Origin: Haliotis rufescens | Lineage: Eukaryota | Direction of reading: 5' to 3' | DNA length: 64,000 nt | Assembly (NCBI RefSeq): GCF_023055435.1 | Contig: NW_025963902.1 | Span: 2,603,815-2,667,814 of the forward strand | Shown: positions 53,700 to 64,000 of the stretch, piece by piece | Layout: the number at the start of each line of letters is the position of its first letter | Position numbering within the stretch: position 1 is the stretch's first letter | Notes under the pieces: generated by a model | What the model saw: only the letters and a program-made list of their open reading frames with translations | The model's database searches: none | Told to the model about the DNA's origin: nothing | Position numbers and translations under genes: made by a program

Positions 53700-54085
53700 T
53701 CTAAAATGGCAAAGACATCTTTCCGAGGAAAAGGAGTTAACTGAGTATTTAAGTCCAGTTTCCATCTTCGTGAACTAGTCTGGAATTTCTTGGCTCAATC
53801 GCAGTGCCGCAAGTGGCTATTACGAGTTAAGTCCCTTCTATATCCCTCCTATTGACCAATCAGATTCCACCTCATATCACTTGCACTTGCTTCAAACAAA
53901 ATGGCATCACCCAGTGAAGACGATCTCATCGATAATCAAGATCTATATCGTAATAAAACAGGTCTTACTAATACACAGACTCGTTAGCCCAGCAAAAATA
54001 TAACTCCATAATTCCAGTCTAGTTCGGCAAGGATGGAAACTGGACTTGTATAGTCAGTTAAATCCCTTGCCCCAGGAAGATGGTC
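53700..54085. mobile_element. second, shorter copy of the same MITE family (TIRs ggagttaactgagtatttaagtccagtttccatcttcgtgaactagtctgg / ccagtctagttcggcaaggatggaaactggacttgtatagtcagttaa), immediately downstream of the RNF34-like stop
   Basis: shares internal ccaatcagattc..atcgataatcaagatctatat segment with 42290-42855. Confidence 0.7.
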
Positions 54086-56630
54086 CAAAGAGTGAATGAC
54101 ACTTAATCAAAACCTGATTAACATGCTGTAAGCTCACTGATACCCTTTGCCAGCTGAGTAGGCTGGTTAACCTCAGATTCTCTGGGGTTTTCCTTTTGCT
54201 TTTATTGAATTACAAAACAAACGACACTGTAAAACTGTGAAGTCGCTAGTTGACCACTTGAAAGACATGTATGGAAATGCAATTGGTTCACGATGTAAGT
54301 AAACCCTTCACGGATTGAACTTAAGTCCAATTTTTTATCATGGAAACCAGAAAAAAATCAAATTCAAATTCAAATTTTTCTAGTGGCATGGGATAATAAG
54401 GTATTTGCTGTTTTTTGTCTGTCTTTTTGTCTTCTTTTTTTTTTGGGGGGGGGGGATTTTATAACAAATTGACATTTAACTAATACACGGATGTAATGTT
54501 GAATGTTCTTATCAAGAGCATGTTCAATACTCAGAGGTTATCATGTGGCAGTTTTCATATCTTACCCCATATCAAATCCAAGACCCCATATCAGCTGTCT
54601 TGGGTTGATGTGAGGTATGATATGGAAACTGCCATATAATAATCTTTTTATCATATATCATAACATCAAATGGTAAAATGTTTCTGTTTGAAAGGGAATG
54701 CAATACTTTTTCATCGTTTGGAAAACATTGTCTCTGATAGCTAGCTGAGCAGACACACAGACAAGGGACATCACTCTAATTTCTTACCACCCAGGCTGAT
54801 ATCAATTGCCCATCCAAAATGCTTGATAAGTTTTATCAGATACGGGTCAGGTTATTACACCCCCTGTGATATGACTATCTCCATGTTGGCTCTATTGCAC
54901 ATGCCAAGAGCATCATATCACTGAAAGGAATGTGATAAAATATATTACATATACTACCAGAGCTCCAGATAACCTTTTGAGCAATTGAGTTTATACTCAA
55001 GGCTTTCTATCTTAATTGGGTTATTACATTTTTCATTGGAAAACCAATATTTATTCACTCATCTATTCATCACTCTATTGAGTTTTATCCAAATTAGTGA
55101 CCCTTTTAAGATTTAAAAAAAAATGAAATAATGTTTCAGATGTATATAACTGTTCTAAATATATAGGCTTAACTGAAAGTAAATTAGCTCGTAACTGTGT
55201 TTCGGAAATTTGCACGCATGCTGAAAAAGCTTCATTGGGTATTTAAGCGCACTGTTTTTATACATTAGAGTTTTTCATTTAACGCATGCGCTTCTGTATG
55301 CAAGTTAACTGAAAAAAATTGTTGGGTTTTTTTTTTTTGGGGGGGGGGGGGGGGTATTTTATGCAAATACACTGCTTATCTGTAGCTCTGTACTACTCAA
55401 AAGAACTTGAAGAAAACCAAATGTTTTCATGTTACTATAGTTAATCAGTCATACCATGAAAGACCAACTATAGTCATATAAAAAAATGGGGTGTTTTTAA
55501 AAAAAAAATTTAGTAGGACATATTAGAAGTCGAACATGTCATATTTAAGAGCCGTATTCAATGGGAGGAGTTATTGGGCCAATACATCATGACACATATA
55601 AACTAGATGAAATAATGTTGGAACAAGGCTTAAACCGACCAAAGGATGGCCATCTTGATAGACAGCCATTCGATCAATGACCACAGAACACTATTTATAC
55701 TTACTTAATTTATCTGCATTCTCTCTCATCTTTTCAGCTGCAAATTGAGGAAAGAAATGTAAGAAGGGACTAAACAATGACCCAAAACCAGCTCCACTGA
55801 CCTGCTCTCTAACAGGTCAGGCGAAATGGGGTTTAATGTCGTGTCCAAGATTATTGCACGTATATAGCAACGTACATGCACGTTTGTGTGGGTGTGTGGC
55901 TGCATGTACTAGTCCGGACTGATGCCAATTTATAGTGCTAGCCCGGGTACTGAGACCATGCCACAGTTTAACATGAATACCCCACTCAGACACAGTATAC
56001 GCCAGACAGGGTAACAACAAGTACCATCTGTTAACATCTTTTGGTATGACGTGGCCGGGGATCGAACCGCGGACTTTCCGCTCTCAGGACGGAAGCTCTA
56101 CCACTAGACCACGGCTGTGCTCTAGGACAGGAATGGTTACACTTTTCTGCAAGTGTTCTATGGCACAGTAAGGAAAATTCAGAACTGTTTCTTCTCCAGC
56201 ATTACTTCTGTGACATGAAGTATGTTCATAACGTTCTAATATTGCAATGAGCCAGCAATGTCACATTTGGGGACACTAGAACTGGAACTCATGTATTGTA
56301 CACACGTGGGATGTTTAACCCAGCACTGTGGCGTTACAAGCCAACGCTTTCATCATTGAGCTACCCCAGTGCCTCTTTTTTCTGTCCCAAAGGCTGTGTT
56401 CTTCACTTAGATGAGGCTGCTGAAACTCTTTTTGAAATGTTTCAAAATGGAACCTCTCCATGCCTGTAGCAAGGGCTACAATATTACTCCTGTCAATGTA
56501 TCAGTGTCCATTCATCCTCAGCTCCCCGGGGAGTATACAACCCCATATAAAGATATGATGTGCGCCAAAGCAGGCAGGTTGTATTTGGACAGAATATACC
56601 GAATGTCGCGTTGAATAATTCCTTGTTTAC

Positions 56631-56832
56631 CTTTGTCTTTGTTGGACTGTTCTTCATTCCACAGCCGCTTCACTCTATCAGTGAGTTCCGTCTTTTCACA
56701 ACACCCCTTGTAATCGACAAAGTTGTTTGCAAGGACCTCTTTGAGTTGCCTGACCGTCAGTGTGTCGACTTCCTCCACGGAGGCAATATTTTCAAGCCTC
56801 ATACGTGGGACTCGGTCTAACGTTGGCGACTC
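56631..56832 (-). CDS. RNF34/RFFL-like, SAP-like exon (ESPTLDRVPRMRLENIASVEEVDTLTVRQLKEVLANNFVDYKGCCEKTELTDRVKRLWNEEQSNKDK-)
   Basis: tattgcag acceptor, aag|GTAAAC donor; near-identical to human RNF34 [36 protein letters not shown]. Confidence 0.8.
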
Positions 56833-58215
56833 CTGCAATACCCATGTGCGAGACATTCACAGTTATATTTCAACCTAATATTTCAGATGTGTTCAACAGG
56901 ACAAAAAAATGTCTACTACTCAATTCAGTGAGGCATTTGGCAGAACAAATGTCTGTCATTATATCAATAAATTATCTTTTTTATTGTATGTTGTTTAACG
57001 TCACATTCAGCAATATTCCAGCCACATGACGGTGGTCTGCAATTGGGATCAATTATATGCATGAACCAAGTCAGCAAGCCTGACCACCCGATCCGGATAG
57101 TCGCTTCTTACCAGCATAGTCGCCTGTTATGGCAAGAATGGGTTGCTGAAGACCTATTCTAACCCGATTTTCATGGGTCCAATAAATTATCATGTTTATG
57201 AATATACATAATCTTTTAATAAATATATGTGACCTAAATATGCCACATGAGGAATAACCTTTCTGAACACAACACCAGTGTCAAAGCTCCTGAATGAAGG
57301 AAAAAACAACAACAATTATTTGACTTTGTTTGTTTCCTGTTGAACACCACACTCAGCTATATTCCAGCAATATGATGGCAGCCTGTAAATAATCGAGTCT
57401 GGACCAGACAGTCCAGTGATCGATATTGTGAGCAATGATCCAAGCCATTAGGGTATGATGACACACCATCAACAAAGTCACCGAGTCTGACCACCCAATT
57501 CATTTGGCTGCCTCTTACGACCAGAGGTTGCTGGTGACAAATTCTAATCCAGGATCCCCATTGGAAATAATTCAAGAAAATATTATGCTGTGTGTTACCC
57601 AAAGGTCAAAGCTGATTGTGACGCATTTCATTATTAGAGCTAAACTGTGGTGCTATGTCATGTGGGTCTTACCAAAAGCAAAGAGGTGAGGTGAAATGGG
57701 GTTTAACGTCGTGTCCAAGATTATTACACTTATATAGCATGTACATGTGTGTGTTTGTGTGGCTGCTTGTACTAGTCGGGACTGATGCCTATTTATAGTG
57801 CAGTATACTGACTCCGAGCCGACCAGTCCTTGTTTTAGCCCCTTAATGCCGAGTGCCAGACAGGGTAACAACAAGTACCATCTTTTAACATCCAGGGACC
57901 TCCAATAATTAATTTCAAGAGTCCTTACAGGAAATATGAGGGTCCTGTAAATTAATGAAAAAGTGGTACTACTTCAGAATTTATTGAGAGTTCATGACAA
58001 TGGTTCTGCAGTCATATCAGTTGAGAACTTGTCATCGAAAACATCTCTGTTGTTTGCTTAAAAACAGCAAGACAATGTGAGCCTCTCACTTGAAATTATC
58101 AGCACACAAGATCAGCACTCGCTGGATATTTATAAGTGGGTCCTAAATCTTTCCTCGAGGCTTCAATGTTTGAATCACCACTGATCAGTGCTGATGGTGG
58201 GAGTAACCTGAGTAC

Positions 58216-58302
58216 CTGCATGGGTTCCTCTGGAGACGGGACACTGTCTCTCTGTGTGTCTGTCGGGGGCACATCGGGGACACTGTCTTCTCTCATCCGC
58301 TC
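58216..58302 (-). CDS. RNF34/RFFL-like, putative small middle exon (ERMREDSVPDVPPTDTQRDSVPSPEEPMQ; 87 nt, phase 0-0)
   Basis: tttacag acceptor and cag|GTACTC donor; keeps frame between exon 2 and the SAP-like exon; low-complexity Ser/Pro/acidic linker as in RNF34, but weak donor and no direct homology, so tentative. Confidence 0.4.
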
Positions 58303-58355
58303 CTGTAAATAAACTCTGATGCAGACAAATTCATCTTTGAAAGTAGACAAACAGA

Positions 58356-59765
58356 TTTACAGCTCTCTCAAGTTCCGCCTACCTGAGTTGATTGACATAT
58401 ACATCATCTTCAACTTCAATAGAAGCAAGTGTTACCACCAACTGCTGCACCAGTCTCTCAAGCTCCACCTCTCTGAGTTGATTGACATTTATCCATCCCT
58501 CCCACTCTACTCAACACAAGCAAGTCTTACCACCAACTGCTGCACCAGTCTCTCAAGCTCCACCTCTCTGAGTTGATTGACATTTATACATCCCTCCCAC
58601 TCTACTCAACACAAGCAAGTCTTACCACCAACTGCTGCACCAGTCTCTCAAGCTCCACCTCTCTGAGTTGATTGACATTTATACATCCCTCCCACTCTAC
58701 TCAACACAAGCAAGTCTTACCACCAACTGCTGCACCAGTCTCTCAAGCTCCACCTCTCAGAGTTGATTGACATTTATACATCCCTCCCACTCTAATCAAC
58801 ACAAGCAAGTCTTACCACCAACTGCTGCACCAGTCTCTCAAGCTCCACCTCTCTGAGTTGATTGACATTTATACATCCCTCCCACTCTACTCAACACAAG
58901 CAAGTCTTACCACCAACTGCTGCACCAGTCTCTCTAGCTCCGCCTCTCTGAGTTGATTGACATTTATACATCCCTCCCACTCTACTCAACACAAGCAAGT
59001 CTTACCACCAACTGCTGCACCAGTCTCTCAAGCTCCACCTCTCTGAGTTGACTGACATTTATACATCCCTCCCACTCTACTCAACACAAGCAAGTCTTAC
59101 CACCAACTGCTGTACCAGTCTCTCAAGCTCCACCTCTCTGAGTTGATTGACATTTATACATCCCTCCCACTCTACTCAACACAAGCAAGTCTTACCACCA
59201 ACTGCTGCACCAGTCTCTCTAGCTCCACCTCTCTGAGTTGATTGACATTTATACATCCCTCCCACTCTACTCAACACAAACAAGTCTTACCACCAACTGC
59301 TGCACCAGTCTCTCAAGCTCCACCTCTCTGAGTTGATTGACATTTATACATCCCTCCCACTCTACTCAACACAAGCAAGTCTTACCACCAACTGCTGCAC
59401 CAGTCTCTCAAGCTCCACCTCTCTGAGTTGATTGACATTTATACATCCCTCCCACTCTACTCAACACAAGCAAGTCTTACCACCAACTGCTGCACCAGTC
59501 TCTCAAGCTCCACCTCTCTGAGTTGATTGACATTTATACATCCCTCCCACTCTACTCAACACAAGCAAGTCTTACCACCAACTGCTGCACCAGTCTCTCA
59601 AGCTCCACCTCTCTGAGTTGATTGACATTTATACATCCCTCCCACTCTACTCAACACAAGCAAGTCTTACCACCAACTGCTGCACCAGTCTCTCAAGCTC
59701 CACCTCTCTGAGTTGATTGACATTTATACATCCCTCCCACTCTACTCAACACAAGCAAGTCTTAC
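58356..59765. repeat. 95-bp tandem repeat, ~15 copies, filling intron 2 of the RNF34-like gene; unit = copy of exon-2 3' end plus GTAAGA donor
   Basis: period 95 verified at 58521/58616/58711; minus-strand unit ..agactggtgcagcagttggtgGTAAGActtgcttgtgttgag.. matches the exon 2/intron boundary. Confidence 0.85.
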
Positions 59766-60059
59766 CACCAACTGCTGCACCAGTCTTTCATGCTCAGCCT
59801 CTGAGTTTGAAACAGATCCTCGGCTGTAGTGGCGTATCACAAGGTCAATGAGGTCATGTTTTTCACGGCACATATTGGTTGGAATGTTGTGGCTGTCAAG
59901 GAAACATCTCATGTCCTTGACCTTCCACTCTTGCAAGATTTGGCGGCTAAAGTTCCCAGAGACAATAATTCGGCACTTTTGACATTGTCTATCACGTTTA
60001 TTTGCCTCTTTTGGCAGACAAGTTGAGCAAAATTGACGTTTACAATCTCTGCACATTTT
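59766..60059 (-). CDS. RNF34/RFFL-like, coding exon 2 (KMCRDCKRQFCSTCLPKEANKRDRQCQKCRIIVSGNFSRQILQEWKVKDMRCFLDSHNIPTNMCREKHDLIDLVIRHYSRGSVSNSEAEHERLVQQLV)
   Basis: ttctcttccag acceptor; GGTG|GTAAGA donor; aligns to human RNF34 VCCDCKKDFCSVCS..CSTCH..LKVKDLRQYLILRNIPIDTCREKEDLVDLVLCHH (FYVE-like plus helical region). Confidence 0.8.
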
Positions 60060-62681
60060 CTGGAAGAGAAGAAATGTCAATGACTGTACCATGTTTATGG
60101 ACTATTAAAAACCGATATTGGTTGTACCTATTCATACCATTACATTAAAATATAGACCTGATTAACAGAGAGGAACTAATGTTCCTTTGATTTCAACATT
60201 AGTCATGTCATTTAATGTATGAACCATAATTTGATGAACATGTTGGAGATTTAATTTCCTCCTTATATCAAATGATAATTTTAACGTTAATCCATGTTTA
60301 TCCCTGTATCATTGTGTTTTGTTTGTTTGAATGACAACAAGAAATTATCTTATATCTCCATCAGAGTATATCTTATACATTAATCAGTGCATAGTAACAA
60401 CTAAATTGCGACATTTCATTTTTGATTTGATTGGTTGGTTTAGTGTTTAACGCCACACTCAGCAATATTTCAGCTATATGACGGTGGTCTGTAAATAATC
60501 AAGTCTGGACCAGATAATCCAGTGATTGACATCGTGAGCATCGATCCACACAATTGGGATACGATGACATGCATCAACTAAGTCAGCGAGTCTGACCACC
60601 CGATCCCGTTAGTCGCCCCATACTACAAGCATTGTTGGGGCAAGCATGGGTTGCGGAAGACCTATTTTCACAGGTCTGAATCATTGTGGATGGAAACTAG
60701 TGTCATGTTTGTTTGAACATGCCTTTAATCATGTTCATAAACAACTTACTTCTTACTGCCTCAAGAATTACTTAGGTTATTATTAGTAATGGATATTGAT
60801 GTAGGAATGATCACAGCTTTTCACTGTCAAGTCTTGATATTGGTGTACACAATGTCAACAATGACAACATTTCTACAGAAACATTTCGTATTTCAACTGC
60901 ATTTTTCACACAATTATCTGACATACGATGTCCCACTGGGTTAGAGGCTGACTAGTGAGGATCATGTCATCATGAAAGACTGGGTTCATAAATAACAATA
61001 AAAACAAACACAAAAATAATAATCATAATAATGCACCAGATTCCATTTAAATAAGTGAATGCTCGAAACACAAAACCATTAGCACCCCCATCAATGGATT
61101 GGTGCGCTCTTTTTTCTTTCTCAGCTCCCTGGGAGCATACAACCAAGCTGCCTGTGAGTCACATTACCATCTCATCCTACCAGGTACCCACTCACTGCTG
61201 ACTGTGTGTCATCATGCCAAGACATGGCTCTTGATATCAACCACTGGCTTTGATTTGATTATTTCCATGCCACTGTGATACAGATAATGGTTACCAATGT
61301 TGCTTTGAAACAAGAGAAGGGATTGATCACTTTATCTTCCTGCAAACTGGGAGACCTGATATTTTGTTCAAGATGGATTTCTTTTTTGTTCTCAGGTCCC
61401 AGTCTTTTCCATTATTGTCATGATGTTATCTCTGAATCCTCAGGTGGGGTAGCCTAGTGGTTAAGAGTTCGCTTGTCATCCCGAAGACCCGGGTTTGATT
61501 CCCCACATGGGTTCAATGTGTGAAGCCCATTTCTGGTGTCCCCTGCCATGCTATTGCTGGAATATTGCTAAAAACGGCGTAAAACAATACTCACTGAATC
61601 CTCAAACTCTTAATAATCAAATCGATTTAATTCTACATATCAATCATGGATTCTCTACCTTAAATCACTTGGAATTGCTTTCTAATATAGCAGAACACAG
61701 ATATAACGAACTACAAGGGACCAGAGAAATCAGTTCATCATATCCGTTGTTCGTTATACACGTTTTCGATCGGAAACGTCTGTCATCTTGGATAAGACAA
61801 AACACAATACACGTAATTGCAGTGTTAATGTGAAATCTTCATGGCCTTATTTCACTGCAAGTTCGTCAGCATTGGTCTTTCTTGGTTTTTATGCCAGCAT
61901 CAACAGCATTAATAATTCTCAATTTCGTGTCTAAACTGATAGCTTTCCTCTTACTATTGCCCGCCATGATAGCATATGCAAGTGTACTGACACTTGGACA
62001 CAATCTCGTAAAATGTATATGTTTAATGTTTGTTCAACAGACAAGATTACATGTACAGGTAAGATTAACACAATGCAAATTTAACAAGGTTGGTCCGTCA
62101 CAGCTGATTGTATTGATTCGCCACCATTGTGTTGATTCGCCACTGATTGCGTACAGCCAATTGTCAGTGACACTTGACACTCAGTGAGATTTCTCAGTTC
62201 GCTATACACGTCACTAATTAGTGATAGATGGGCTTGTCGGTGATCAGATATCAGTTCGCTGTATCCGTTCGTTCGCTGGAGAGAGTTCGTTATATACGTA
62301 AATTTTATATGATATATTATAGGAGATAAATCAGGGAATTTTTAACAGTTCGTTGTATCCGTTTGTTGGCTATATCCGGGTTTGTTATATCCGTGTTCTA
62401 CTGTATATATTAATCAGGGCGTCATCTCAAGCTTTAACGTTTAACATTTGGGTTACATATGGCAAGAACCCATTGATTTTCAACTCTGAGGTGACAGTGT
62501 GGGTGGTCAGGCTCGGTGACTTGGTTGATGCATATCATCGTATTCCAATTGTGCTCATGATGTCAACCACTGGATTGTCTGGTCCAGACTCGATTATTTA
62601 CTGACTGCTGTCATATAGCTGGAATATTGCTGAGTGCGGCGTTAACAACAAAACAAACAAAACAAAACTGAAAGTACATAC

Positions 62682-62804
62682 CTTCCGTTTGAAGATTGTG
62701 AACTCCGTAGCACATGACTCACAGGCCATGGTCTTTGACAAAATTTCTTGACCGTTGACAACTGTCCCTGGATGCTGCTGGCCGCCCACGGCTCCCGCCC
62801 CCAT
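62682..62804 (-). CDS. RNF34/RFFL (CARP)-like RING E3 ligase, coding exon 1 (MGAGAVGGQQHPGTVVNGQEILSKTMACESCATEFTIFKRK; ATG at 62804-62802; donor GTATGT)
   Basis: in-frame TGA 6 codons upstream of ATG; matches human RNF34 MGTGAVRGQQS...CKACGLSFSVFRKK (first Cys pair of the FYVE-like finger). Confidence 0.75.
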
Positions 62805-64000
62805 CCGACCACGCCCGAGTCACCCTCAGAGCATCAACGGTCTACAGCTGAACTCACCAACCCTGTTTATGACATACAACTGTGTCTTCACTCGGACTGG
62901 ATATCAATATACATCTTTGAGAACGATACTCGATATCTATCAATTATCCATAAATATGGAGAAGTAACTTCAAGCAAATACGCAAAAAGCTCAGACAAAA
63001 CAACATATTTTACCTCACTGGTGATTGGTCACAAATTACATTGATTACTCTGTGAACATGTGAGATGTTAAAAAATCAGTTGCTTTCCGTCTTCGGCACT
63101 GGACAAAAATATGTCTGCTTCGGTAAAGTAAAATTTGATTTCATCATAATAGGTTATGTAAGATATTATGAGTGACACAATTTTCATATCAATAATCAGT
63201 ATTTCTTCCCATGAACGATAATTCTGATTATTGATTTTTTTAGCCAAGCCTTGTCTTCACAACAGCAGACTGGCATCTTCCCTGTAGGTATACAGATCTG
63301 GCAAACCCTCCATTGGAGGTCAGGTCAGGAGAACCCTCAGTGAACTCTGACCAGTGAACATGAAGGATACATGGGGTTTTGAGCCAATCAGGTATCAGCT
63401 TTCTAAATTATTCACCTTCATGATCTAACTGGCAGCCTTGATAGGACAGTTTTTAATTGCTGTTTTACTTTTAGTGTAGTAGAAATAAAACAAAAGCTAA
63501 AACAAAGTCCTCTGTTGTGGATTGAAACATTTGGCCATTATTATTCTCCATTTGGAACTGCCCATTTACATTCATTTTTGAAATACCAAAATCAGAAAAG
63601 CTGCTCTGAATTCTCCACATGTTTATACTGAGATAAACTAAGTCTATATGCTGATTGGCTGATACACTGACATGACAAAATGAAAGGTTTGTTGGATCTT
63701 GACAGAAAGGTATTGAAGTGAGTAAAAGATCTGATCCTAATCAATGCTAATGAGTGAGTGAGTTATGATTATACATCAGTTCAGCTTTGTTTTGTCAAAT
63801 TGTGACTGAGATTGGTATTTTTTAGCATTGTTATCATGGTCATGCCTTGGCCTAAAGATAACAAAAACAATAATAATCATTGTATCTTAGTGCATCATAT
63901 TTGTTCAAAACCGTAGTTTAAACACATTCTATTGTCACAGACGTCAAATAGATGACTGTTTGATTGACATTCCAGAAGTTGGGTAATAAGTAAGAAAACA

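Noticed and set aside
56518-56856. 112-aa minus ORF extending past the SAP-like exon (…NKDKGKQGIIQRDIRYILSKYNLPALAHIISLYGVVYSPGS)
   Set aside because: The portion after NKDK is intron read-through beyond a GTAAAC donor. The RING exon at 53639 continues the frame correctly.
58356-59765. Regular 95-bp array considered as a possible CRISPR-like repeat-spacer structure
   Set aside because: The units are contiguous and near-identical with no unique spacers, the context is a eukaryotic intron, and the unit derives from the adjacent exon.

Overview
This window is eukaryotic (metazoan) nuclear DNA, not prokaryotic. It is AT-rich and packed with tRNA-derived SINEs, MITE-like elements and minisatellites. 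The repeat content would suit a mollusc-like invertebrate genome, but that placement is uncertain. I can support two protein-coding genes, arranged tail-to-tail. (1) A major vault protein (MVP) gene lies on the + strand with 14 coding exons between 26739 and 39268. The coding sequence is 2577 nt (858 aa), all junctions are GT-AG and in phase, and the product aligns along its whole length with vertebrate MVP. A TATA-containing putative non-coding first exon sits near 25500-25655, and an AATAAA signal at 40140. (2) An RNF34/RFFL (CARP)-like RING E3 ubiquitin ligase gene lies on the - strand from 62804 to 53461. It has an N-terminal FYVE-like Cys cluster, a SAP-like CCEK segment and a C-terminal C3HC4 RING, and my 5-exon model is frame-consistent at 294 aa. 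The first ~25 kb holds no convincing genes and is dominated by repeats. The most unusual structures are as follows. Intron 2 of the RNF34-like gene is almost entirely a 95-bp tandem array (about 15 copies) that is a duplication of the exon-2 3' end plus its GT donor. A complex inverted repeat of about 1.1 kb, with arms around 500 bp, sits at 13.5-14.7 kb. A 930-bp repeat occurs in inverted orientation at 10.4 and 20.0 kb, with an internally deleted mini-copy at 17.7 kb. Several SINE families with different tRNA-like heads share one conserved tail module. Two MITE families have 50-55-bp TIRs. Inverted SINE pairs sit inside MVP intron 3. Repeated modules carry clustered TGACGTCA (CRE-like) palindromes. 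I found no CRISPR arrays, rRNA or convincing functional tRNA genes.
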